Below, piece after piece: positions 32,429-44,885 of a stretch of DNA of 64,000 nucleotides; the stretch's first letter is position 1, and each line of letters begins with the position of its first letter. The DNA lies in assembly GCA_965644315.1 (NCBI GenBank), contig CBFFRQ010000069.1, positions 248,001 through 312,000 on the forward strand, in the 5' to 3' direction. Origin of the DNA: Caecitellus pseudoparvulus. Its lineage: Eukaryota; Protista; Bigyra: Bicosoecida. The position numbers and the translations under genes were made by a program. The notes beneath the pieces were generated by a model. It was not told the DNA's origin, did not search any database, and was given only the letters and a program-made list of their open reading frames with translations.

Positions 32429-35336
32429 CTACTGAGAAGAGGGCATGCGGTACACCGCCCACCGGCGGTTGTGCTCCTCGCCCGCAGGCACTGGGTCCCG
32501 CCCACAAGCGGCATCGGCGCAGCCACAACGCTTGCTCTGGTCATCGTTACACTTGACATGGCAGCCAGGGGACCCGGCAGGGTCGGGGGTGACCTGCAGG
32601 GAGTTGAATGCAAAGGCGTGTCCATCCACCCCGGACCGTGCGATGGCCACGAACTGCTTGCTGTGGCTCTCGGCGTGCGCCTTGGCCAGGGAGAAGTGCG
32701 CGCCAGTGGTGCCGCCGGCGTACGCTTTGTCGGCGGAGAAGGCGCTCTCAGAGGTGACGCAGCCGACGAACTTGGGGTCGGGTGAGGTTTTCTTGGAGAA
32801 AGAGGGGCTCGTCACTCGCTTGGTGCGAGCGGGGTCCAGGACAGAGGGCGCAGTGGGCAAGGCGTCAAAGGTGGAGCGCTTCTTGACCTTGAAGATGCGC
32901 ACGATCCAGTGCTCGGAGGTGAACGCCTCGTCCAGGTGCGTCAGCTCGTAGCCCTTGTGGCCGTACTCCACGTTGCGGGCGCGGTCAAAGCCGGTGGGTC
33001 GCCCCCACTCCGCATTCAGCTCGTCGAAGCGGTAGAAGCACATCTTGTACATCATGCAGTTGAGGAGCGTGGGGGAGCCACCTGAGTCCACCCGGAACTG
33101 GCCCCCCGAGAAGTAATCTGGCTCCTTGATGTGGGGGAAGACACCGCCGCCAATGCGCACCATCCACAGGAACTTGTTGATGTCGTCTCCCGAGTAGCCC
33201 GTGTAGCCGCCAAAGATGGCAAGGACGTAGTCCACATCCAGGGACTCCATGATGGGGTATGCGTCCGCTTCCGTGGAGGACATGGCCCGCCCCACCGTGG
33301 CGATGTGGGTGTTGTTCCAGGTGTTGTTGTCCACCAGCACGGTGCGGTTGCCCATGGCGGAGGTCTGGTAGCCATAGTCCCACCAGGACATGATCTTGGC
33401 ATCCGGTGCGGTGTTCATGCGCAGCCAGTAGTACGCCTCGCGGAAGTCGTCAAAGATGACCTTGCTGCCGTCAGCCCGGCGGGAGGCCAGGACGATGGAG
33501 GGGGACGAATACGCCTCGCTGGCCACGTAGGTTGCGTGCAGGGCGTAGAAGCAGAGCAGGGACAGGATGCCCAGCAGGACAGAGGCCGCTACGGGAATGG
33601 GGAAGGGCACCATGGGGCCTTTGTACGTTGAGGTCAGGAGCGCGGACAAGCCCTCATCCTTGGAGGACTTCTTCTTCTTGCTGCCCCCACGCTTGGCCGA
33701 GGAGGAGGAGCCGGAGGCGGAGGCATCGCCCTTGGCTTCCGCTGCTGCGAGGGCGGCAGCGCCCTCCTCGCTCAGCGCCAGCCACACATGTCCCGCGAAG
33801 GTGTTCAGCACCTCAGACAGGCCCACGGCGGCCAGCATGCAGGCGGCGGGGGCGAGGGTGAGCATGAGACGCACCATGACGCCAGCGAAGTACCAGGTGA
33901 TGGTGCCATACAGGATCAAGAACACCTTCCCGTCGTTGATGTCCTGGAAGAGGAAGTACAGGCCCACCGGTGCGAAGGGCACGCAGATGTGCAGGTCGAA
34001 GAAGAAGGAGGTCCAGCTGGTGGGCTGGTGCTCCGACACCGACGCGATGATGGGGATGTACTTGGAAGCGTAGGTGGGGTCCAGGAGGGACAGGGAGCGC
34101 CCCGTCCACTGCGTCTTGCCCAGCAGCTGCATGGTGATGAGCGTGCCCGCGACCAAGAGGACGCCGGCTGCCGCGGCGATGGACACGGCACGGCGGATGG
34201 TGGCTGCAGAGAGCTTGGCAATGCCCAGGAGATCGTACAGGGCGCGCACCTGGACCAGGATGAACACGCCATGTGACGCGGCGCACTCTGCTTGCTCCAC
34301 AACGTTGAAGCCGACGAATGGCACGTTCATCGCCATGATGGAGCCCAGGACGTAGAAGGTGGAGTACGCTACGTACAGGCGGGGCGTGTACATGTTGCCC
34401 AGGATCATGATGGTGACGTAGATGGGGATGATGTTGATGATGAAGACGTACCCTCCCCAGGCAGCCACCATGTAGAAGTAGGCCAGAGCGGCGCCGCAGG
34501 CCCACTTGAGGGAGCCCGTGTTCACAGCCCGCACCCACATGTAGAACGTGAACACCAACGCGAAGATGGCGACACCTTCGTTGTCGTAGCTGCCGCCCAC
34601 GGAGCGGGAGATGTACGAAGGCACGATGGCCACGAGAGCTGCTGCGACCAGGCCCGTGCTCTCCCGCTTCACCGTCTCCACCGTCATGAGGTACGTGGAC
34701 AGGGCCGTCAGAGCAGCAAAGAGGGGTGCCAGGAACACGCACATGTTGCGGATGTTCACGGAAATGTTCAGGTAGTTCATCGCACCGTGGATGGCAGCAG
34801 CAGTGGCCATGAGCCCAGGGTAAATGGTGCCACCGATAATGCGTCCCAGGGGGTACCATGCGCGATCATCGAACCAGTTCAGGAAAGCATAGAAACCCTC
34901 GCTACTCAGGAACTTGGTTGTGCGGTAGTCTGTGCCGGGCAGCGCGATTGGCGTGTGGGGGCTCCGCGGCGAGGCCAGCGGCGGGTACAGCACGCACTGA
35001 AGTACGGGTCGAACCTGTGAAGCGAAGCGGGCGGGGGAAGTGTGGGGCCGGCAGTGGTGGGCGTGCACATGAAGCCAGTGTATCGAGGGAACGCACTCAT
35101 GAATGACCTGCACAGACGCGGGAGGGGGGCGGGCAAGGGGTACAACACGTGGTGGTGCAGTGCAGGTGGCACAGCGAGGCAGCGCCGGCTGCGCGTGCTG
35201 CACGTACACTCTCCCACCGCACCACGGCAAACAGGCGAATGGAGAATGCAATGAGACAGATGAGGCCGAGCAGGGTGTACTTCAGCACAGGGGCCAGCAC
35301 GCGGCCGCGGTCGGCGGCAGCAGCATCCTTGCCCAT
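32429..35336 (-). CDS. STT3: Oligosaccharyltransferase catalytic subunit STT3 with C-terminal extension
   Basis: FSIRLFAVVRWES/VIHE/FDPYF/YRTT, WYPLGRIIGGTIYPGL, GSYDNE, IASVSEHQPT, SWWDYG, DNNTWNNTHI and DDINKFLWM. Three 5' introns. Confidence 0.96.
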
Positions 35337-35627
35337 GGTGCACCTGGTGTGCCGCCTGGCAGCTGCTGCAAACTGTCACAGAAAGGGGCACCAGCGCTCA
35401 GCGTACGGTGAAGCCTCCCTTTCATGCCCACGACTGCACCGTGGCATGCATTGGGGTCAGCTTTTGTTTTGCTCGAGAGGCGCTGTTCGACTGCTGGGGT
35501 GGACCTGCACGGCAGGCAGCTGCACCAGCCTGCACCGTGGCCTGAATGCGGCAGGCTGCCGAGCCACCAAGTCGCGAGTGACATGCCAGTATCACTGCAG
35601 AGTTCAGAGCTACGCGTCGTGGGCCCC

Positions 35628-36409
35628 TTAGTCCGCCTCCAAGGGGGCAGAGCCTGTGCCTCTTGCTGCTGCAGTTCCTTGAGCACCCCCCTCGGTAGCC
35701 GCAACCTTGCGGGCTGTCGAAGAGGCAGGCTCTCCACCGGACAAAGGCTCATCATGTGCACGTTCTCGGGGGCGCTTTTCTCCACGGGCACGTCCACTTC
35801 CCACGCTGGGCGCAGTCGCTTCTGCTTCCCGGGCCTCGGCGGCAGCAGGGGCGGCGGCCGAGCACAGCTGGGCTGCATGCTTGGCACAATGCGCCTGGGC
35901 TGCCTGTCGAAATGCAGCAGGGTTGCTCTGTAGCTGGGCCGCGATGTCTGCCTCCAGCGGGTCGTGCACATTCGGCGTCGCGAGGAGCTGTTGCAAGGAC
36001 AGCAACAGCACACGAAGCCCGCAGCGAGCAGGGCTCCATGTACCAGCAGGTGGGGGCTTAAGAAGGTCTAGACACACTGCCCCTGTGCCTTGCGCGATGT
36101 TGGGGTGGTACACCGGCGTCAAGAAGTGCCTGAGCAAGGGAGGCGCAGGCCAGCTGTGGCAGAAGGCGCACCTCTGCACCGTGGCAGCGCTGCTGCTCAC
36201 ACTGAAGGGGGCCGCAAGGGGTACGATGCACCACATTGAACGCGTACGAGGAAGGCTCCATCCTCGTACGGACTCTCGCGGGGTCCTTGCAGCTGTACCT
36301 CCAACGCAAGAGTTTCGCCGTGAAACGCTGGCTCACCTCTCACAAGCACGCCTGGCACGCCGCCACTCTGCAAGTCAGCCAGCTCCTTCGCCACCCGACC
36401 ACGAAACAT
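35628..36409 (-). CDS. UBE2T: Ubiquitin-conjugating enzyme E2, UBE2T-like (1 intron)
   Basis: RVAKEL, GPRESPYEDG, YPLRPP, FLTPVYHPNI and VCLDLLKPPPAGTWSP, where LKxPPxGxWxP is characteristic of UBE2T. Confidence 0.85.
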
Positions 36410-36595
36410 TGCGAGTGGTAAGCGCTCGGGCAGTTAAACTCATTCCGCGCGGTGAGACGGCTGCTTTTTTATTCTGTTGCATTCGCTGGGGGCGGCGGGC
36501 ACCGTGCACGAGGCAAGGCGCCGGCGGCGCCCAGTGGGCAACTGCACACCAGCTACCCAACCCGTTGAGGTCGAATGAGTGGCAGCGTGAGTCGC

Positions 36596-37912
36596 TTACA
36601 ACTTGTCGGTCTTCTCCACCTTCTGGATGACACCAACAGCCACGGTCATGCGCATGTCACGCACGGCGAAGCGGCCGAGAGGAGGGAACTCCTTGTAGCA
36701 CTCAACGACCAGAGGGCGCTGGGGCTCCAGGGTGACGAGGCAGCCATCGCCAGTCTTGACGGTCTTGGGCATCTTCTCGGTCTCCTTGTTGGTACGGCGG
36801 TCGATCTTGTTGTGGATGACGGCCCACTTGCAGGCGACGTGCGCGGTGTGGCAGTCAATGACGGGGGCGTAGCCGGGGGAGATGTTCTTGTGGTTCATCA
36901 CGATGACCTGGGCGTCGAAGCTAGCGGTGTTGCGAGCGGGGTCGTTCTTGGCATCGGAGGCGACGTAGCCACGGCGCAGGTCCTTGACGGACAGGCCCTT
37001 GACGTTGAAGCCAACGTTGTCACCGGGGAAGGCCTCGGGGACAGACTCGTGGTGCATCTCCACGGACTTGATGTCGGTGGTCTTGCCGACGGGGCCGAAC
37101 TGGGCGGTCATGTTGGGCTTCAGGATGCCGGTCTCGACACGCCCGACAGGGACTGTTCCGATGCCGCCGATCTTGTACACATCCTGCAGGGGGACGCGCA
37201 GAGGCTTGTCGGAGGGACGCTTGGGTTCGCGCATCATGTCCAGAGCCTCAAGGAGGTAGGGGCCCTTGTACCAGCCCATCTTGTCGGACTTCTCGGTCAT
37301 GTTCTCGCCCTGGAAGCCGGAGATAGGGATGAAGCGGATGGGGTTCTTGGGGTTGTCGGGCTTGTAGCCGACCTTCTCCAGGTAGATCTTGACCTCAGCC
37401 ATGATCTCCTTGTAGCGGGACTCGGAGAACTTGACGGTGTCGTGGTCCATCTGGTTCACGCCAATGATCATCTGCTTCACACCCAGGGTGTGGGCCAGCA
37501 GAGCGTGCTCACGGGTCTGGCCGTCCTTGCTGATGCCAGCCTCGAAGGCACCCTCACGGGCGTTGACGATCAGCAGGGCAACATCGGCCTGGGAGGTACC
37601 GGTGATCATGTTCTTGATGAAGTCACGATGGCCGGGGGCGTCGATGACCGTGTACTGGTACTTGGGGGTCTCGAACTTCCACAGGGCAATGTCGATGGTG
37701 ATGCCGCGCTCGCGCTCGGCCTTGAGCTTGTCCAGCACCCAGGCGTACTTGAAGGAGCCCTTGCCCAGCTCGGCGGCCTCCTTCTCGAACTTCTCGATGG
37801 TACGCTTGTCAATGCCACCGCACTTGTAGATCAAGTGGCCGGTGGTGGTTGACTTGCCGGAATCGACGTGGCCAATCACCACCAGGTTGATATGCTTCTT
37901 CTCCTTGCCCAT
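36596..37912 (-). CDS. EEF1A: Translation elongation factor 1-alpha
   Basis: [56 protein letters not shown] and [12 protein letters not shown]; intronless CDS with strong codon bias. Confidence 0.98.
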   Translation of the reverse strand: MGKEKKHINLVVIGHVDSGKSTTTGHLIYKCGGIDKRTIEKFEKEAAELGKGSFKYAWVLDKLKAERERGITIDIALWKFETPKYQYTVIDAPGHRDFIKNMITGTSQADVALLIVNAREGAFEAGISKDGQTREHALLAHTLGVKQMIIGVNQMDHDTVKFSESRYKEIMAEVKIYLEKVGYKPDNPKNPIRFIPISGFQGENMTEKSDKMGWYKGPYLLEALDMMREPKRPSDKPLRVPLQDVYKIGGIGTVPVGRVETGILKPNMTAQFGPVGKTTDIKSVEMHHESVPEAFPGDNVGFNVKGLSVKDLRRGYVASDAKNDPARNTASFDAQVIVMNHKNISPGYAPVIDCHTAHVACKWAVIHNKIDRRTNKETEKMPKTVKTGDGCLVTLEPQRPLVVECYKEFPPLGRFAVRDMRMTVAVGVIQKVEKTDKL

Positions 37913-38837
37913 CTTGGCTTACAGAAGTTGCACGTTCAACGACTGTGCAGTGGGAGGAAGGATTCTCGTGAGGCGTGTGCAGGGCCGCAGAAACACAGAA
38001 ACGCGGGGGGTCCTGGCAGGCGCGCACGCCGTCGACAGGCGACAAGACACGCGGACACTACATAAACAGTGTTGTATGTGCTTTTGGTGAGGTTCCTGTG
38101 CGTCCCGACGCGCCGTGCCACGTTCCCACATGACGTGGTGCAGAGGCACGAACAGGTGCACCGGCAGAACAGGCCCGCTTCCCACGCGCCGCGGGCGTCC
38201 CGTCGGAGCAATCCAGCACAGCCCAGGCGTACACTTTGCAATACACTCTAAGGTTGTGCTTTGTCATGCCCAGGGAGCGCGCGGGCGCGCCGCCGCCGGA
38301 ACGCGCGCCGCAGGGCTGTGGCGGTGACACAGCCACCACGCCGGAAACACAAAGAGCAGCACAGGCACGCTAGACAGCCTGCACAGGACACTAAACACTC
38401 ACCAACAGAACTGCACTCGGACTGAGACGTCAACAGGGACGTTCGGCTCAACGGTATGCAAAAGGAATGAAAAGTGCTGTGGCTCGAGTTCTGCCGGGTA
38501 GATTAGGGTCATGTCTTAAGAGCCAGGGGCAACTTTTTTAAGGACTTTGCCGTCACGAATACCCCCCCCTCCCCCCCTCCAGAACCACAGCCTTCGCTCC
38601 CTCACTCTACGTCCGGGACGGGCCCCCTCCGGGTAGGAGCCAGCTGACAAACCACAAGGACTATCCAACAGATGCTGCACAGAATTGCAGCATCCTGCAG
38701 CTTTGCCAACCGACGCGATTGCGAGCCCTGCACGCAGACGCTCGCGCTCCAGCCGGCTTCCACCTTGGCGCTCTATCCCAAGGCAACGCGTGCTCGCGAG
38801 TGCTTGCTCGAGAGGCTAGTTCCAACTCCAAGGCGCC

Positions 38838-39688
38838 ATGCGATCGTATGCAGCGCTGCTGCTGACTGCAGCGACGGGGCTGGTCTCCTTGTCTGGTGTG
38901 TGCTGCACTGCACTTGGAGCCCGTGCATTCCCCGCCACCACATCCCCTCCCCGTTCGCACTTGTGCAGCATGTGACGCGGCGTGGACTCTGAACGCGACA
39001 TATGTTGCTCAGAGCACGGTGAGTGGGCGGACTGCATAAGTGCAGCCTGCGCGACCTTGCCAAGAGCAGCTTCAGCCACGTTCGGCTGGTGTCGCCTTCG
39101 CAGAGCGATGGGTTCAAAGGCATTGGCTGTGCCCACCACTCGTCCGTTACGGAGGTCGGGTACCCTCTTGTGCAAGTGTCTGTTGACCAGGCTGGACGGC
39201 TGCCGGGTGAAATGGCGTGTGTTGAGTTCAATTGGGATGCGCAAGACAGCAGCGTGTGCCTGGATACTCGCCCCTGCTTCGTGGACAACCCCGAAGATGG
39301 CGCAGTGACCTGTGCAGGTGCCAACGTCACCATCGGAAGCTTGAAATTGGCAGAGCACATCACGTACTCCCACGGAGGGCAGTGCTTCACCATCAACATC
39401 CACGAGGCAGAGGTGGTGTGGGTGCAGGAGGCAGACCCTCCCGCCCACGGCGGCAAGGACGGACCAGCGCCCCTGGGTGCGGGCAAGATCGTCGGCATCA
39501 TCATCGCCGTCCTCGTCGCACTCTTCGTAGCAGGCTTTGCTGTCTGGTGGTGGCTCCGCCGCCCAAAGCGAGGCCCCATCCTCACCGCCTCCAGCAGCTC
39601 TGGGGCAGGCTATGCCCGCTTCACCTCCTCCACAGCTGCGCCCACGCCCCCCTTGGCTGGCGCCAGTGGTTACCAGACTGGTGTCTGA
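38838..39688 (+). CDS. Type I membrane protein with signal peptide and Tyr-based sorting motifs (2 introns)
   Basis: Signal peptide MRSYAALLLTAATGLVSLS; Cys-containing ectodomain; TM IVGIIIAVLVALFVAGFAVWWWL followed by RRPKR; tail with GYARF and GYQTGV. Confidence 0.75.
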
Positions 39689-39696
39689 ATGCACCT

Positions 39697-40431
39697 TCAT
39701 CGTCGTTTGCCTCGACGAGTACCCCGCTTGCCAGCTGAAGCGGACGCACCGCTGCCCATGGGCTGCCGCACCCGCAACACGCCCCCCTTGAACGCTCCCG
39801 TCTCCAAGGACTTGGAGGGGTCCGCCTTGAAGCGCTGCTTGGTAGCCACCTTCACCTTGGCGTGTGCTGCCGTGCGGCCGGTGACGAGGTCTGCCTCCCG
39901 AGCCAACTCCGCCTCTCGAGCCGCCCGGGACTCCCGCTTCGCCTTCACACCCATCCACATCTTCCGGGGCATCTTTTCTTTGTGCTGCACCCTCAGCCCC
40001 AGCCCCTCCAGCTTGCGCGCCTCCCAGATCTTCTTGTCCCTGCCCTTGAACGTGCTGGCGCCCAGCTCAGTCACGCTCTTCCAAATGCTCTCAAAGTCTG
40101 ACGCAACTTGGTACTTCTCTGAATCCTTCACCTTGGGGCCTTGTCCGGCACCCTCTCCCTTGGCCTGCACGGCTCAGGGCAGGAAAAGTAGGTGCAGGGA
40201 GGGATGTGTGGCCAGGCCAGCATTCCTGCTGGCAGTGCAAGCCACGCACCTCTGCCTCGTCACGGGCACGCTTTTTCCCACGCTTAGGCCTTGCCGATGG
40301 GTCTGTGAATTCCACCACTTTCTGCGGCGCACGGTGCGGCCCTTCGTAAAGCAGCTGCGCAGCACACCCCGAAGTGCGAACTGGGAACCGAATTCCGCAC
40401 TCACAACGGCGCGCTTTTTCTTCTCAGGCAT
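39697..40431 (-). CDS. Faf1/C1orf131 (DUF4602)-like 40S ribosome biogenesis factor (2 introns)
   Basis: VVEFTDP, SVTELGASTFKGRDKKIWEARKLEGLG...KMP and TGAFKGGVLRV resemble this family, recognised from memory. Confidence 0.72.
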
Positions 40432-41012
40432 GGTGACGGCAGGGTTTGAGCAGAAGTATTCGCTTGGAGGAGCACTTGCTACGTCAGAAGCATGTGCAGA
40501 GGCTCACGGCTGTCTTGGAGTTTTGTTGCGGGCCGCTGAACTGCTGTGAGCCCTTCTTGGCTGCTCTCGTGGCCAGCTCGGGAGCGCCCACACAGAGTTG
40601 CCTTCCGAGGTCCGAATCGTGTGGTTGAAGGGGAAGCTCCCAGTGTCCCTGACTCGGGGGAGGAGATTGCAGCGGGGCTGGGGCCTTACATTTGATAAAT
40701 GACTTGCTCGTGCTTCTTGTCTTCGGAGTACAACTCCGGAGTTCGCGAGATCTACATCTTGGCTGCAGGTTCGTTTCGCAGCGGCGCCTAGCGACAGCCC
40801 CCCCTCGCAGGCATCCCACGTGACAGTCACGATCATGGCAGACCACACCCATGCTTCACTTTCACTGATCCCCGTACCACCGCAAACCATTCGCACCACA
40901 GGGCTCGCAGGCAACGGTGTCCAGCAGCCACGCTTTTTGACAGCAGCTTCCTGTCCCTGTCGCGGCCACTCTCAAGGCCACGCGCTTCCCCAGTCCTTCA
41001 TCCACCCGCACC

Positions 41013-43202
41013 ATGTTGAGCCAGTCCATTCGGCACCATGCCCGTCGCAGCTCTCAGGTGTGTGTGTCCTTGTGTGTGCTCCGGCGCGCGGCGCCGTGCA
41101 TCGTGCCTCCCCTGGCATCCTGCAGGCCGTCGCCAAGTGCATGTCCACGACGCCACTGGACTTGTCCCCCGAGGCCCTGATGCAAAACAGCGTCATCCCC
41201 ACGATGCACTACCAGGCCAGCCTCCCGCGCCTGGCCATCCCCGACCTTGACAAGACTTGCGAGAGGTGAGCCTGCATTAAATTTCCGCACCACGCCGCCT
41301 CCTTGCCTCACTGTCCCTGGCTCCATGAGGCCCTGTGCAGGTACTTGTACGCCACCAGCCCTCTCGTGTCACCTGAGCAGCACGCCCGAACCCGGGAGGT
41401 GGTGGAAGACTTCCGCACTGGCCTGGGCAAGGAGCTGCAGGCTGCGCTGGTGGCCCATGACAAGGCCCATCCCGACACGAGCTACATTTCCAGTGCGTCT
41501 TGGCGCAGCGAGCCTGCGCCCCGCAGCGCCCAGGCGGCGCACCCGGACTACTCCGCCCTTCCCCACAGAGATGTGGTTTGACATGTACCTGGAGAACCGG
41601 GACCCGCTGCCGCTGAACTTGACGCCGCAGCTCACGTGGAAGGCGGACCCCGAGCCAGCAAAGAACGAGTGGTGCCAGCTCAGCGCCAACCTCCTGGCTG
41701 CTGCCGTGCGCTTCAAGCGCTCCTTGGATGCAGGCGTCCTGGAGCCAGACGCCTTCGCCCTGAAGCCTGACCTGTACAACAAGAGCTGGGTGCGCCGAGG
41801 CATTTCCCTCCTGCCGTCGTCTCTCTCGTACTACGGCGCCTACGCCACCGACACATATGCCCTGGACATGTCCCAGTACGCAAACTTGTTCTCATCTACT
41901 CGCATTCCCAAGCAGGGCAAGGACGAGATCGTGTCGTTCTCAGGCTCCAGGCACGTAGCTGTGCTGCGGGGAGCGAAGGTGTACGCCTTGGACGTGCTGG
42001 ACGAGGGGGGGGCCCCCCTGCCCGTGCAGGCCATCGAAGCTGCACTGCGAGCCATCGTTAAGGACAGTGATGGGCAGAAGGGCGACGAGCTGGCTGTGGG
42101 CGCACTCACCGGCGCCGAGCGTGACTCATGGGCAGCCACACGCGCCACGATGGAGGCCAACCCCGCCAACGCGGCTGCCCTGGCCAAGGTGGACTCAGCG
42201 CTCTTTGCCCTGACGCTGGAGGATGCAGCTCCCGCGGACGACACCGCTCTGACGCAGGTCATGCTGCATGGCGACGCGCGCAACCGCTGGTTCGACAAGT
42301 CCTTTAACCTCATGGTCACCTCCAATGGACGAGCGGGGGTGCAGTGGGAGCACGCGTGGGGGGATGGCGTCGCCGTGCTGCGCTTCTTTAACGATGTGTA
42401 CAAGGAGCTGGCGGCGCGACCTGTGCGGGAGCTCACCCCTGCTGCCGCCTCCCCCCCCTCCGAGGTGCAGTTCGACTTGTCGGACGCGTCTGTGAGCAAG
42501 GCCATCGCAGATGCCACGGCGTACAGCGCCAAGGTCATCTCCGAAGTGGACGTGGACATCTACCAGGTGGAGACAGTCACCAAGGCGGACATCAAGGCCA
42601 GCAAGCTGTCTCCAGATGGTGCTCAGCAGATGATCCTGCAGCTGGCGCACTTCTACACGCACGGGTACACGCCTTCCACGTACGAGTCCGCCTCCACCGC
42701 CGGCTTCAAGCACGGGCGCACAGAGACCATCAGGTCTGCGACGCCTGAGGCAGCGGAGATGTGCCGCGTCTTTGCCGACGCCAGCTCTTCGCCGGAGGAG
42801 CGGGCCAAGGTGCTGGCGGCTGCGTGCAGCAACCACTTCCGCATCACGCGCGAGGCGCTGATGGGGCAGGGCGTGGACCGCCACCTGTACGCGCTGAACT
42901 ACTTCGCGCAGCAAGCCGGTCACAGTCCAGCCATCTTCTCCGACGACGCGTGGGCGGTGATGAAGGACATTCGGCTGTCCACCAGCACCCTGGCCAGTGA
43001 TGCGCTGGACGGGGGGGGCTTTGGCCCTGTTTCCCGCACCGCCTACTCAGTCGGCTACGGCATCGCTGAGCGTGGCATGCAGTTCAACATCATGTCCTAC
43101 GCTCTGGACAACAAGGGCTTCGCGGAGAGCGCCACGCGCGCCATGGATCAGATCAAGGAGGTTATGCCCCTCACTGCCAAGTTGGCCCAGGCGAAGAAGT
43201 GA
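41013..43202 (+). CDS. CPT2: Carnitine O-palmitoyltransferase 2 (3 introns)
   Basis: PTMHYQASLPRLAIPDL, WFDMYL, NRWFDKSF, EHAWGDGVAVLRF, TYESASTAGFKHGRTETIR, LSTST and GGFGPV; presequence-like N-terminus. Confidence 0.93.
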
Positions 43203-43225
43203 GCAGGTGCTGGGAGGTGGCGCGT

Positions 43226-43237
43226 GCAATGCATTGC
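43226..43237. promoter_or_regulatory. Palindrome GCAATGCATTGC, candidate bidirectional 3'-end signal (CPT2 / OXSM)
   Basis: Perfect palindrome in the 42-bp gap between convergent stops. Confidence 0.55.
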
Positions 43238-43244
43238 TGGTGGT

Positions 43245-44752
43245 TCACGTGCGAGGGCTTGTGAACAGCAGGGACGCGTTGGTGCCCCCGAAGCCAAAGC
43301 TGTTGCTCATGACGGCGCTGGCGCCATCCGGCAGTGCGTGGCCACCTGGTGCAGCGGTTGCCATCACTGCCGCACCCTGCAACGCCTCCGCCACGGCCTC
43401 GTCCAGACTCTCTGGCGTCAGGTTCGCCGTGCCCGGCACAGTGCGGTGGTGCAGGGACAGCACTGCCACCGCCGCCTCCACAGCGCCTGCCGCCCCAAGC
43501 AAGTGCCCAATGTTGCCCTTGGTGCTGCCAAGCAGGGGCGCAGGCCCGACGTCGCCCCCCTCCAGGTCTGCCAGGAAGCGGGCGACACCCCGTGCTTCGA
43601 TGACGTCGCCTTGGGGAGTGCTGGTCGCGTGGGCATTGATGTAGCCCAGGCGCTGCCCGTGCAGCCCGCCCCGGGCAGCTGCAGCCGCCATGGCCAAGCT
43701 GGCCCCCGAGCCATCCTCCAGGGGCAGCGTGATGTGGTGGGCATCCCCCGACATGCCGAAGCCACCCACCTCTGCCAGCACTGGCGCACCTCGTGCAGCC
43801 GCCGCCTCCGCCTCCTCCAGCACCAACACCCCAGCGCCTTCTCCCAGCACGAACCCGTCCCGGCCTCGCACAAAGGGGCGGCTAGCCGCCGCGGGGTCCG
43901 TCGTCGTGGACAGCGCACGGGCGCGAGAGAAGCCGGACAGGGCGATGGGGGACACACACGCCTCCGTGCCCCCTGCCAGCATGACGTCAGCATCACCAAA
44001 TGCGATGCAGCGGAAGGCGTCGCCAATGGCGTGGGCGCCAGTGGCACAGGCTGTGGAGGGGGCGGTCGTGGGGCCTCGCAGGCCCCACCGCATGCTGACG
44101 TGGCCGCACGCCATGTTCACCAGCATGCGTGGCACAAAGAAGGGAGACACACGCCGGGCACCCGCCCCGCCTGGAGCGAGGGCCTGCGCCACCTGCACTG
44201 TGTCGTCGATGCTGCCAATGCCGGACCCCAGGGACACGCCCGCCCTCAGCTTTGGCAGGGAGCTTCCGTCGCCCCAGCCCGCTGAGGCTAGCGCCTCGCT
44301 GGCTGCTGCGAGGGCGAAGGCAATGAAGTCCACGCCTTGCGTCCGCATGGCTTGCTTTGGTACGTGGTCGGCCATGTTGAACTGCCCGTCGCCTGTGCCA
44401 CGGGGCACAGTGGCCACCACGCACCGCGGCAGGCCAGGCACTGTCTCTTCCTCAGTTTGCAGCTGTGCAGGAGCGCGGGGCCCAGGGTGGGACGCGTGCA
44501 AAGGTGTTGTCTACTCAGCAGGCTCCGAGCGGCTGCAAGCCTCACACGCATGCCGACGTCGCCTTGCAGCAGGCGACGCCACGTCTCGCCAGCGTTTGCT
44601 CCCAGCGGAGTGACCATGCCGACGCCGGTCACGACGACCTTCCGGGGAAACGGTGGGGCAGTGGAGAGCATGCGCGACATGGAGGCACGGGTCAGCGTGG
44701 AAGCTGCCTTGGCCACTTGCACCGCCTCCCTGACGCTCAGCTGGGACGCCAT
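43245..44752 (-). CDS. OXSM: Mitochondrial 3-oxoacyl-ACP synthase (FabF/KAS II type, 1 intron)
   Basis: VVVTGVGMVTPLG, TACATGAHAIG (Cys), NAHATSTPQGD (His), KGNIGHLLGAAG (His) and SNSFGFGGTN. Confidence 0.93.
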
Positions 44753-44885
44753 GTCCTCTCCTGGCGTTTTACGATGAAACGCTAGCGCCGCTTTCAGGCA
44801 CGCAGCGTTCGCGTGATGCTGGGCAGCTGCCAGACTGACTGACCAAGTGCAGGAACGAAGTAGGATGAGTGATTTTGAATTGGCT

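Noticed and set aside
36430-36450. Oomycete-like initiator TCATTC motif
   Set aside because: Scattered matches with inconsistent orientation and spacing; not supportable without TSS data.
36575-37852. Long antisense ORFs (here, and e.g. 7503-8579, 44937-46367, 59019-60977)
   Set aside because: Expected shadows of high GC and codon bias on the opposite strand; no recognisable protein features.
40440-41000. Structured ncRNA in longer intergenic gaps (also 6400-6850 and 38000-38800)
   Set aside because: Only short hairpins were seen and no recognisable snRNA, snoRNA or rRNA motif; these are divergent promoter regions. An Rfam covariance search would be needed to exclude one.
41013-44752. CPT2-OXSM as a fatty-acid gene cluster
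   Set aside because: Only two convergent genes from opposing pathways; adjacency is plausible by chance without synteny data.
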